Shown: positions 55,712 to 64,000 of the stretch, piece by piece | How positions within the stretch are numbered: position 1 is the first letter of the stretch | Layout of the letters: every line of letters starts with the position of its first letter | Assembly (NCBI GenBank): GCA_963716745.1 | Contig: OY970320.1 | Span: 2,976,001 to 3,040,000, forward strand | From: an uncultured Gemmatimonadaceae bacterium | Lineage (GTDB): Bacteria; Gemmatimonadota; Gemmatimonadetes; Gemmatimonadales; Gemmatimonadaceae | DNA length: 64,000 nt | Reading direction: 5' to 3' | Translations under genes and position numbers: made by a program | Notes under the pieces: model-generated | Databases searched by the model: none | Seen by the model: only the letters and a program-made list of their open reading frames with translations | Told to the model about the DNA's origin: nothing

Positions 55712-56670
55712 ATAACAACGTCTGGTTCCCCGAATCGATCTCGGTGGTGGATTCGCACACCGAGGGGGAACCGACGCGCGTCGTGATCGCGGGGTGGCCG
55801 ATGCCCGACGGCGGCACGATGCTCGAGCGGCGCGAGACGCTGCGGCGCCGGTTCGATCATCTGCGGCGCGCGGTGGTGCTCGAGCCGCGCGGACACGATG
55901 CGATCGTCGGCGCGCTGCTCACGCCGCCCGTGTCGTCCGACGCCGTGGCCGGCGTCGTGTTCTTCAACGATGTGGGATACCTCGGCATGTGCGGCCACGG
56001 ACTCATCGGCGTGGTGCGCACGCTCGAACATCTCGGACGCCTCACTGGCGGCGCAGTGAAAGTCGATACGCCGGCGGGCACCGTGCGCGCCGAGATCGAG
56101 AGCGACGGCCGCGTGACCATCGAGAACGTGGCGTCGTACCGGCACGCCGCCGACGTAGAAGTCGAGGTGCCGGGGATGGGACGCGTGCGCGGCGACGTCG
56201 CGTACGGCGGCAATTGGTTCTTCCTCACGGAGATCGGCGAGCCCGCGATCGACGGCGCGAACGTGGGCGCGCTCATGCGATCGAGCACCGCGATCCGTAC
56301 GGCGCTCAAGGCGCATGGCGTCACTGGCGCCGACGGTGCGGAGATCGATCACGTGGAGCTGTTCGGCGCGCCGGGCCGTTTCGATGCCGACAGCCGCAAC
56401 TTCGTGCTCTGTCCCGGCGGCGCATACGACCGCTCGCCGTGCGGCACCGGCACGAGCGCGAAGATGGCGGCGTTGCACGCGCGCGGCGCGCTCGCGGTGG
56501 GCGAGCGTTACGTGCAGGAGAGCATCACCGGCAGCACGTTCACCGGCTGGCTCACGGAGCGCGGCGACGCGCTCGTGCCGCACATCAGCGGCCGCGCGTT
56601 CATCACGGCGGAGTCCACGCTGCGCTTCGATCATCGCGATCCTTTCCGCGGCGGGTGGCGGGCGCAGTGA
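55708..56670 (+). CDS. 4-hydroxyproline 2-epimerase (proline racemase family)
   Basis: DSHTEGEPTR, EPRG, MCGHG, YGGNWF, DRSPCGTGTSA with both catalytic Cys. Confidence 0.92.
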   Translation: MNNNVWFPESISVVDSHTEGEPTRVVIAGWPMPDGGTMLERRETLRRRFDHLRRAVVLEPRGHDAIVGALLTPPVSSDAVAGVVFFNDVGYLGMCGHGLIGVVRTLEHLGRLTGGAVKVDTPAGTVRAEIESDGRVTIENVASYRHAADVEVEVPGMGRVRGDVAYGGNWFFLTEIGEPAIDGANVGALMRSSTAIRTALKAHGVTGADGAEIDHVELFGAPGRFDADSRNFVLCPGGAYDRSPCGTGTSAKMAALHARGALAVGERYVQESITGSTFTGWLTERGDALVPHISGRAFITAESTLRFDHRDPFRGGWRAQ

Positions 56671-57821
56671 CGGCTGGCGCCGCGCCCGATGCGGTGGTGA
56701 TCGGAGCGGGCGTGGTGGGTGCGGCGTGCGCCGAGGCGCTCTCCGCCGGCGGACTGCGCGTGCTCGTGCTCGATGCGGGCTTCGCGGGCGGCGGCACGAC
56801 CGGCGCCGGCATGGGGCACATTACGGTCATGGATGATTCACCGGCGCAGCTCGCGCTCACCGCGTGGTCGCGCGCGCGCTGGGCCGAGCTGGCGCGCGAG
56901 ATGCCGCCCGTGTGCGAGGACACGCGCGCGGGCACGCTGTGGGTGGCGGCGAGCGCGGCGGAGATGGATGCGGTGCACGCGAAGCGCATCTCGTACGCGG
57001 GCGCCGGCGTCGCGAGCGAGGTGCTCGACGCGCGCGCGCTCGCGAGCGCGGAGCCGTCGCTGCGCGCGGGGCTCGCGGGTGCGCTGCTCGTGCCCGACGA
57101 CCGGATCCTTTATCCGCCCACGGCGGCGCGGTGGCTGCTGGAGCGCGCGGTGGCGCGCGGCGCCGTGGTGCGCGAGCACTGTGACGTGGTGTCGGTGGCA
57201 TCGGGATCGGTGGTGGTACGCGGCGAACGCGGCGACAAGGGGACCTCCGAACGGATCGCATGCGGCGTCATCGTGAACGCGGCGGGCATCGACGCGCCGC
57301 GCCTGACGCCCGGACTGTCGGTGATCCCACGCAAAGGTCATCTCGTCATCACCGAGCGGCACGACGGCGTGTGCCATCACCAGCTGGTGGAACTCGGCTA
57401 TCTCACGAGCGCGCACACGATGCATGCCGAGTCCACCGCGTTCAATGTGCAGCCGCGGCCCACGGGACAACTGCTCATCGGCTCGAGTCGCGAACTCGTG
57501 GGGCGCGACGCGTCGGTGAATCGCCGCGTGCTCGGGCGCATGTTGGCGCGCGCGGTGGAATTCATCCCGTCGCTCGCGCGGATGACGGCGCTCCGCGTGT
57601 GGACCGGGTTCCGCCCCGCGACGCCGGACAGTCTGCCGCTCATTGGTGCGTGGCCCGGCGCGCGCGGCGTGTGGGTCGCGGCGGGACACGAGGGCCTCGG
57701 CATCACCTCGGCGACGGGCACTGCCGCGATCATCGCGGCCGGGATCCTCGGCACGCCGTCGCCGCTCGATGCTTCGGCGTTCGATCCGGCGCGCACGATG
57801 CCGGAGACGGCCGCGGCATGA
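56667..57821 (+). CDS. FAD-dependent oxidoreductase, D-hydroxyproline dehydrogenase catalytic subunit (DAO family)
   Basis: VIGAGVVG, TGAGMGH, PRKGHL, QLVELGY, FNVQPRPTGQLLIGSSR, GHEGLGIT; GTG start. Confidence 0.85.
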   Translation: MTAGAAPDAVVIGAGVVGAACAEALSAGGLRVLVLDAGFAGGGTTGAGMGHITVMDDSPAQLALTAWSRARWAELAREMPPVCEDTRAGTLWVAASAAEMDAVHAKRISYAGAGVASEVLDARALASAEPSLRAGLAGALLVPDDRILYPPTAARWLLERAVARGAVVREHCDVVSVASGSVVVRGERGDKGTSERIACGVIVNAAGIDAPRLTPGLSVIPRKGHLVITERHDGVCHHQLVELGYLTSAHTMHAESTAFNVQPRPTGQLLIGSSRELVGRDASVNRRVLGRMLARAVEFIPSLARMTALRVWTGFRPATPDSLPLIGAWPGARGVWVAAGHEGLGITSATGTAAIIAAGILGTPSPLDASAFDPARTMPETAAA

Positions 57822-58073
57822 GCAGCGGCATGACGATCACGGTGGATGGCCGCGAGGTGAGCGCGGCGCCCGGCACGACGATCGCCGCGGCGATTGATGA
57901 ACGCGGGGATCGCCGCCTTCCGCACGTCGGTGAACGGCGAACCACGCGGACCGGTGTGCGGCATGGGGATCTGCTTCGAGTGCCGCGTCACCGTGAACGG
58001 TGCGGCGCACCAGCGCGCGTGCCTGATCGTGTGCGAGGCCGGAATGCGCGTAGAGACAGGGCGCGCGCGATGA
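57818..58073 (+). CDS. 2Fe-2S subunit of D-hydroxyproline dehydrogenase (apparent +1 frameshift near 57897)
   Basis: ITVDGREV..PGTTIAAA, then in the shifted frame FRTSVNGEPRGPVCGMGICFECRVTVNG..RAC. Confidence 0.82.
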
Positions 58074-59340
58074 CCGATCGCATCGAAGCGGACATCGCGG
58101 TGATCGGCGCCGGCCCCGCGGGACTCGCGGCCGCCGTGCACGCGGCGCGGAGGGGACGCTCGGTCGTGCTGCTGGATCGCGCCGCCGTCTTCGGGCGGGC
58201 AGATCTGGCGCAGCGGCGCCGGCACGCCGATGCCGCGCGCGGCTCGGCGCTGGGCGGAACGGCTCGTGCGCGCAGGTGTGCGCGTGATCGCCGTCGCCGA
58301 GGTGATCGATGCGGTTCCGCTCGAGGGAGTGACGGCGCTCATACCCAGCGGCACAGTGCGCGTGCGCGCGCGGGACATCGTGCTCGCGACCGGCGCGCGC
58401 GAACTGTTCCTGCCGTTCCCCGGATGGACGCTGCCCAACGTGATGGGCGTCGGCGGCCTGCAAGCGCTCGTGAAGAGCGGCTACGAAGTGCGCGGCAAGC
58501 GCGTTGTTATCGCGGGATCCGGGCCTTTGCTGCTGCCGGTGGCGGCGACGCTCGCCACGCGCGGCGCGCTGCTCGCGATCGTCGCCGAGCAAACGCCTAC
58601 GGAGAGACTCAACGCCTTCGCGCGATCGCTCTGGCGCGCGCCGTGGCAGCTGGTGGAGGCGGCGCGCCTGCGGGCCGGCTTTTGGCGGACGCCCTATCGC
58701 GCCGGCACGTGGGTATCGCGCGCGAGCGGCGAGTCGGCGTTGCAGGAAGTGACGCTCACCGACGGTCACCGCGAGTGGCGCGAATCATGCGATCTGCTTG
58801 CGTGCGGCTTTGGACTGGTGCCGAACACGGAGCTCGCGCGGTGGCTCGGCTGCGCCGTGGATGCGCATGGCATCGTGGTGAACCGCGACCAGGCTACGAG
58901 TGTGCGCGGCGTGTTCGCGGCGGGCGAATGCACCGGTGTGGCCGGCGCCGCCGAGGCGGTGGCGGAGGGCGCGCGTGCGGGCAACGCGCTCGCGTCAGCG
59001 ACGGGAGATCGCCGCCGCGAGCGGTACGCGCATGCCGGATTCGGGATCGTATCGCGCGCGGATCGCGGCCGCGTTCGCGCCACGGCGCGAATTGCGCGCG
59101 CTCGCGGCGGCGGAGGTGGTGCTGTGCCGCTGCGAGGATGTGAAATGCAGTGCGCTCGCCGGCACGCGCGACGCGCGCGAAGCGAAATTGCACACGCGCG
59201 TCGGCATGGGGGCGTGCCAGGGGCGCGTGTGCGGCGCCGCGCTGGAGTGGCTCTACGATTGGGCGCCGGCCGCCGCGCGCGTGCCGCTCGCACCCGCGAC
59301 CGTCGGAGCGCTCGCGTCGCTCGAGGAAAGCGGCGCGTGA
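58070..59340 (+). CDS. FAD/NAD(P)-binding subunit of D-hydroxyproline dehydrogenase (apparent frameshifts near 58190 and 59043)
   Basis: VIGAGPAGLAAA, LATGARELFLPFPGWTLPNV, GFGLVPN, AAGEC, then CRCEDV...KLHTRVGMGACQGRVCG. Confidence 0.83.
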
Positions 59341-59380
59341 CCGCACTTCCCACCACCCGCCGCGCTGGTACGTTTCATCA

Positions 59381-60232
59381 ATGACCGCCACCGCCGTTCG
59401 CACCGGGATCTCCGCCGCGGAGAAGGAAGCCCGCCTGCTCGCATGGCTGAACGCGCAGCCGTCGGTGCTCGTGGGATTCAGCGGCGGCGTGGACAGCGCG
59501 TATCTCGCGTGCGCCGCTGTCGAGGCGCTGGGCCCGTCGCGCGTGCTCGCGGTGATCGGGCGCAGCGCGAGCTATCCCGCGGAACAGTGGGCGATGGCGC
59601 GCGATGTGGCGTCACGCGCGGGACTGCCGGTGCTCGAGGTGGACACGCACGAGCTCGCCGATCCGCGCTACGCCGCCAATCCGAGTGACCGTTGCTATTT
59701 CTGCAAGACGGAACTCTGGACCGTGCTCGGCAAGATCGCGAGCGAACGCGGCATCGCCATGATCGTGGACGGCACGAACGCCGACGATCTCGTCGACTGG
59801 CGGCCCGGCGCGCGCGCCGCAGCGGAGCACTCTGTGTGCTCGCCACTCGCCGAGTTCGGTTTCACGAAGGCCGAGATCCGCGCGCTCTCGGAACGCCGCG
59901 GCATCCCCACGTGGTCGCAGCCCTCGTCGCCATGCCTCTCATCGCGGTTGCCGTATGGCACGCCGGTAACGACCGAGCGGCTCGCGCAGGTGGAGCGCGC
60001 CGAGCGCGCGCTGCGCGCCCTCGGGATCGCGGGCGATCTGCGTGTGCGCCATCACGGCGATCTCGCGCGCGTGGAGCTCGCGCCGGCGCTGGTGAGCGAG
60101 TGGCTCGCGCCCGACCGGCATCGCGCACTCCGCGCCGCGGTGCGCGGCGCGGGGTTCGCGCGCGTCGCGCTCGACCTGCGGGGCTTCCGCTCGGGCTCGC
60201 TCAACGTGCTGGCCGGCGTGCGCGGCGAATGA
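59381..60232 (+). CDS. larE: ATP-dependent sulfur transferase LarE family
   Basis: FSGGVDSAYL PP-loop, NP.DRCYFCK, DGTNADD..DWRPG, SPL..KAEIR, PSSPCLSSRLPYG, RVRHHG, DLRGFRSGS.N. Confidence 0.92.
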   Translation: MTATAVRTGISAAEKEARLLAWLNAQPSVLVGFSGGVDSAYLACAAVEALGPSRVLAVIGRSASYPAEQWAMARDVASRAGLPVLEVDTHELADPRYAANPSDRCYFCKTELWTVLGKIASERGIAMIVDGTNADDLVDWRPGARAAAEHSVCSPLAEFGFTKAEIRALSERRGIPTWSQPSSPCLSSRLPYGTPVTTERLAQVERAERALRALGIAGDLRVRHHGDLARVELAPALVSEWLAPDRHRALRAAVRGAGFARVALDLRGFRSGSLNVLAGVRGE

Positions 60233-60453
60233 GCGACGAGTCGCTCGCCGGTGCGCTGGCCGCTTTGCTGCCGGGCGCGGCAGTGGAGGAGCGCGGCACG
60301 CTCGCGATCGTCACTCTGCGGGACGCCGCGCCGCTGATCGACGCGGCCCTGCGCGAGCGGGCGCTCGCGTTCGCCCGGGCGCATGGCGTGACGCATCTCG
60401 CACTCGAACTCGCGGATGATGGCGGCGACGCAGCGCATCTTCCTCGCGATTAA
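60229..60453 (+). CDS. Small hypothetical protein resembling the LarE C-terminal domain
   Basis: 74 aa, ATGA overlap with the larE stop; VEERGTLAIV...ARAHGVTHLALEL. Confidence 0.6.
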   Translation: MSDESLAGALAALLPGAAVEERGTLAIVTLRDAAPLIDAALRERALAFARAHGVTHLALELADDGGDAAHLPRD

Positions 60454-60997
60454 TCTTCCCGCCGCCGAGCGGCGCGCGATCCACGAGGCCACCTCGCCGC
60501 TCCGCGACGCGGCCGCTGCGGTGGCCTGGGTGGCGGAAGCGAAGCTGCATCTCACGCTCAAGTTCCTTGGCGCGCAGCCGGCCGCGGCAGTCGAGGCGCT
60601 GCGCGCGACGCTCGCACCGGCGATGATGGCCGCGCCGGCACCCGCGCTCAGCATCGGCGGCCTCGGCGCGTTCCCGGACCTCGCGAAGCCGCGCGTCGTG
60701 TGGATGGGGGTGGAGGCAGACGCCAAGCTGGAACTGCTCCACCACGACATCGAATCGGTGTGCGGCGCTCTGGGGTATGAGATGGAGGGCCGGGCATTCC
60801 GTCCGCACATCACGCTCGGGCGCGTGCGCGATGAGTTGGCGCCGGAGGCGGCGCGCGCGCTCGCCGCGGCGGCGCGCGGCGTGCATCACCGCGCGCGATG
60901 CGGGGCGAGGTCGGTGGAGATCATGGAGAGCACGCTCGCGGCGAGCGGATCCGCGTACCGGACCGTCGCGTCGCTGCGATTGCACGAGGGAGGATGA
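60416..60997 (+). CDS. thpR: RNA 2',3'-cyclic phosphodiesterase (2H family)
   Basis: RIFLAI, HLTLKFLG, GAFP..PRVVW, FRPHITLGR. Confidence 0.92.
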   Translation: MMAATQRIFLAINLPAAERRAIHEATSPLRDAAAAVAWVAEAKLHLTLKFLGAQPAAAVEALRATLAPAMMAAPAPALSIGGLGAFPDLAKPRVVWMGVEADAKLELLHHDIESVCGALGYEMEGRAFRPHITLGRVRDELAPEAARALAAAARGVHHRARCGARSVEIMESTLAASGSAYRTVASLRLHEGG

Positions 60998-61651
60998 TGG
61001 GCTGCCTGAAACGGCTCGGTTGTGTGGTCGTGGTCGTCGTGCTCGCCGCGTTCGCGTGGATGATGCGCGATACGTGGATGGCTCGGCGGCACGCCGTGCC
61101 GGCGCACGCGCAGCGCGGCCTCTTCCGAGACGCACTGGGAGATCATGACGCCGCTCGGATCCGATCGCGCGCAGGCGCAGCTCGACTCGATGCAACGCCC
61201 CGTGGGTCCCGTGTTCGCGAACCTCGCGCCGGGCGACCTCGCCGCACTCATCTTCAAGGAATTGCGTCCGCAGCTTCCGGAGTCGGCGGACCCCACGGTA
61301 GCCGCGGTGATCGGCGATCACCTGTTCGTGAATGCCACCATCCAGCTCAAGGACATCGGACCGGACAACGATCTTGGGCCGCTGGCGCCGGTGCTGGCGC
61401 AGCGCACGAAGATGGAGTTCGGCGGCACGCTCGATGTCGTGCGCGCGGGTGTTGCGGAGTACCGCGTGACGTCGCTCAAGCTCGGCGACCTGCAGGTGCC
61501 GGGCCCGATGATCCCGCGCGTGCTCGACCATCTGAACCGGACGCGCGTCGTTGGCATGTCGCCGGACGCGTTGCCCTTCGCGGTGCCGAAATACATCGCC
61601 GACGTGCGCGTGCACAGCGATCGCATCACCATCTATCGGAGCGGCCCGTGA
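60994..61651 (+). CDS. Membrane-anchored hypothetical protein (apparent frameshift near 61120)
   Basis: MMGCLKRLGCVVVVVVLAAFAW N-terminus in one frame continues into ORF 61145..61651; fills the gap between coupled genes. Confidence 0.6.
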
Positions 61652-63018
61652 GCCAACGCCTCCTCATCGCCGACGACGAGCAGGGCGTGCGCGCCGCGCT
61701 CGGCCAGCTGCTCGAATACGAAGGACACGAGGTGCGCGCCGTCGCGAGCGGCACCGAGGCGCTGAAGGCCTACGAGTCGTGGCGCCCGCACCTCGTGTTC
61801 CTCGACGTGAAAATGAGCGGCATCGACGGGCTCGAGACGCTCAAGCGGCTGCGCGCGCACGATCCGGCGGCGCTCGTGATCATGATCAGCGGCCACGGCA
61901 CGATCCAGACCGCGGTGGAGGCGACGCAGCTCGGCGCGTACGATTTCCTGGAGAAGCCGCTCGACACCGACCGCATCCTCGTCACGCTGCGGAACGCGCT
62001 GCGCCACGCGAAGCTGCAGGACGAGAACGTGCGGCTGCGCGAGAAGATCGAGTCGCGGCACGAGATCGTGGGGAAGTCGGCGGCGATCCGCGGGCTCATC
62101 GAACGCCTCGAGCGCGTGGGGCCGACGAACGCGCGCGTGCTCATCACCGGGGAGAACGGCACCGGAAAGGAATTGGTCGCGCGCGCGATCCACGCACTGT
62201 CGGCGCGGCGCGATGCGCCGTTCGTCGAGGTGAACTGCGCCGCGATCCCTTCGGAGCTCATCGAGAGCGAATTGTTCGGGCATCTCAAGGGATCGTTCAC
62301 GGGCGCGATCGCGGATCGCGCGGGGAAATTCGAACAGGCGTCGGGCGGCATGCTCTTCCTGGACGAGATGGGCGACATGAGCCTGTCCGCCCAGGCGAAG
62401 GTGCTGCGCGTGCTCGAGGACGGCGTGGTCACGCGCATCGGCGGCGCGAAGCCGGTGAGCGTGGACGTGCGCGTGATCGCCGCCACGAACAAACGCCTCG
62501 AGGAGGAGATCGCCGCCGGCCGATTCCGCGAGGACCTGTACTACCGGCTGAACGTGCTGCCGCTCGCGGTGCCGGCGCTGCGCCAGCGGCGCGAGGACAT
62601 CCCGCTCCTGGTCGCGCACTTCGTGCAGCAGCTGTCCTCGCAGGAAGGGATGGCGCCGCGCGCCATCGGCGACGATGCGGTCGCGCGACTCGCCGAACGC
62701 GAATGGCCCGGCAACGTGCGCGAATTGCGCAACACGGTCGAGCGACTGTTGATCCTCGCGACCGGCAGCCGCGTGACGGCCGCCGATGTCGACCGGCTGC
62801 TCGGACCGCGCGCCGGCGGCGGCGAACCCGGCATCGGCGTGCTCGCTGCGTGCAAGACTTTCGAAGAGTTCAAGGAGGTCGCGGAGCGCGCCTTCCTGCT
62901 CGCCAAGCTGCGCGAGCACGATTGGAACGTGTCGGAGACCGCGCGGCTGCTCGACATGCCGCGCTCCAACCTGTACAAGAAGATCGAGCGGTACCATCTC
63001 TCACGCGCCGAAGGATAG
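61648..63018 (+). CDS. Sigma-54-dependent response regulator (NtrX/NtrC-like)
   Basis: REC domain (ADDE, LDVKM, ISGHG, EKP), GENGTGKE, ESELFGH.KGSFTGA, FLDE, WPGNVRELRN, Fis-type HTH. Confidence 0.93.
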   Translation: MSQRLLIADDEQGVRAALGQLLEYEGHEVRAVASGTEALKAYESWRPHLVFLDVKMSGIDGLETLKRLRAHDPAALVIMISGHGTIQTAVEATQLGAYDFLEKPLDTDRILVTLRNALRHAKLQDENVRLREKIESRHEIVGKSAAIRGLIERLERVGPTNARVLITGENGTGKELVARAIHALSARRDAPFVEVNCAAIPSELIESELFGHLKGSFTGAIADRAGKFEQASGGMLFLDEMGDMSLSAQAKVLRVLEDGVVTRIGGAKPVSVDVRVIAATNKRLEEEIAAGRFREDLYYRLNVLPLAVPALRQRREDIPLLVAHFVQQLSSQEGMAPRAIGDDAVARLAEREWPGNVRELRNTVERLLILATGSRVTAADVDRLLGPRAGGGEPGIGVLAACKTFEEFKEVAERAFLLAKLREHDWNVSETARLLDMPRSNLYKKIERYHLSRAEG

Positions 63019-63025
63019 GAGACGC

Positions 63026-63502
63026 ATGGCCGAGAAGAATTGGGACGCGGAGATGAAGAAGATCGACAAGCAGCTCGAGTCGCTCTCGGACGAAGAGCTG
63101 ATCTCGTCGTCCTCGGCGAAGACGCCCGCGCAGAAAGAGAAAGTGCAGGGCGTGCAGCGCGAGACGAATACCTTCGGCGTGTTCGCGCGGCTCGTGCTCG
63201 CGGTCGCGCTCGGCGTCGGCATGCTCTTCTGGCCGTACTCCGCGCGCTGCGGCGTAGGGCTCTTCGGTTATCTCGGCGCGACGATCGCGGTCGCGGGTGC
63301 GGGCGTGTGGACGTCGATCTGGACGTGGCGCCACCGCTCGGCGCGCGCGCATTTCCTCTCGTTGCTGCTCGTGACGTGGGGCATCGTGCTGGGTGCCATC
63401 GAAGTGCTGCCGCGTGTAGGTTACGCGAAGCCGACGCCGCAGCATCCTGCCGTCTGGTTCTGCCCTACGACGCCTCCAACGCCACCGAGCGCCCCGAAAT
63501 GA
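63026..63502 (+). CDS. Hypothetical membrane protein
   Basis: aggag RBS; charged N-terminus and 3 TM segments. Confidence 0.7.
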   Translation: MAEKNWDAEMKKIDKQLESLSDEELISSSSAKTPAQKEKVQGVQRETNTFGVFARLVLAVALGVGMLFWPYSARCGVGLFGYLGATIAVAGAGVWTSIWTWRHRSARAHFLSLLLVTWGIVLGAIEVLPRVGYAKPTPQHPAVWFCPTTPPTPPSAPK

Positions 63503-64000
63503 CGACCTTCAAGAATTTCATCGCCGGCCAGTGGGTCGAGCCGAGCACCGGCGACTATTTCCAGAACGTGAATCCGGCCGACACGCGGGATGTGATCGGC
63601 AAGTTCCCGAAGAGCGGCGCGGCCGACGTCGAGCAGAGCGGTGGCGAGCGCGAAGAAGGGGTTCGCGATGTGGAAGAGGACGCCGGCGCCCGCGCGCGGC
63701 GACGTGCTGCGCCGTGTGGGCGACCTGCTCGTGGAGCGCAAGGAGGAGATCGCCGACGCTGATGACGCGCGAGATGGGCAAGCCGCTCGCCGAGACGCGC
63801 GGCGACGTGCAGGAGGGCATCGACACCGCGTACTACGCGGCGGTGGAAGGGCGCCGGATGTTCGGCCAGACCGTGCCGAGCGAGTTGCGCAACAAGTGGG
63901 CGATGAGCTTCCGGCGGCCGATCGGCGTCGCGGGACTGATCACGCCGTTCAATTTTCCGCTCGCGATCCCGACGTGGAAGATCGTTCCCGGCGCTCGTGT
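63499..64000 (+). CDS. Aldehyde dehydrogenase family protein, 3'-truncated by the window (apparent +1 frameshift near 63637)
   Basis: [16 protein letters not shown], then [32 protein letters not shown]. Confidence 0.88.

Noticed and set aside
56667..59340. Hydrogen cyanide synthase hcnABC
   Set aside because: Homologous family, but the context with hydroxyproline epimerase, DapA-like deaminase and ALDH indicates D-hydroxyproline dehydrogenase.

Overview
High-GC (roughly 70% by eye) bacterial chromosomal segment. Gene content and protein style suggest Gemmatimonadota, but this is inference. It holds about 55 mostly housekeeping or metabolic CDS: ffs(SRP RNA)-dnaX-ybaB-recR-mglBA-pgsA, cinA-grpE-dnaJ, deoC plus an ALDH16-type gene, iscS-mnmA-Ser/Thr kinase, two tandem secreted amidohydrolases, bshB1-kynA-kynB-DUF2723-GT-C, a TolC/MacA/ATPase operon with six MacB-type permeases, an NtrY-like kinase and NtrX-like regulator, comM, a 4-hydroxyproline catabolic cluster, larE and thpR. 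I found no CRISPR array, tRNA, rRNA, transposase or prophage. The main unexplained structure is a set of dispersed palindromic repeat families (here called A-G) built from 7-nt or 21-nt units (family C: alternating 6/7-nt units). They occur between genes, fused to stop codons, and in frame inside protein linkers (DnaX, ALDH16, GrpE, ComM, a signal peptide). Other notable points: three A/B permease pairs each closed by a family C element, probable leaderless promoters, two apparent pseudo-enzymes, and a stand-alone copy of the LarE C-terminal domain. About 20 frameshifts occur; every one I could resolve is a single extra base, which points to long-read sequencing error rather than true pseudogenes.
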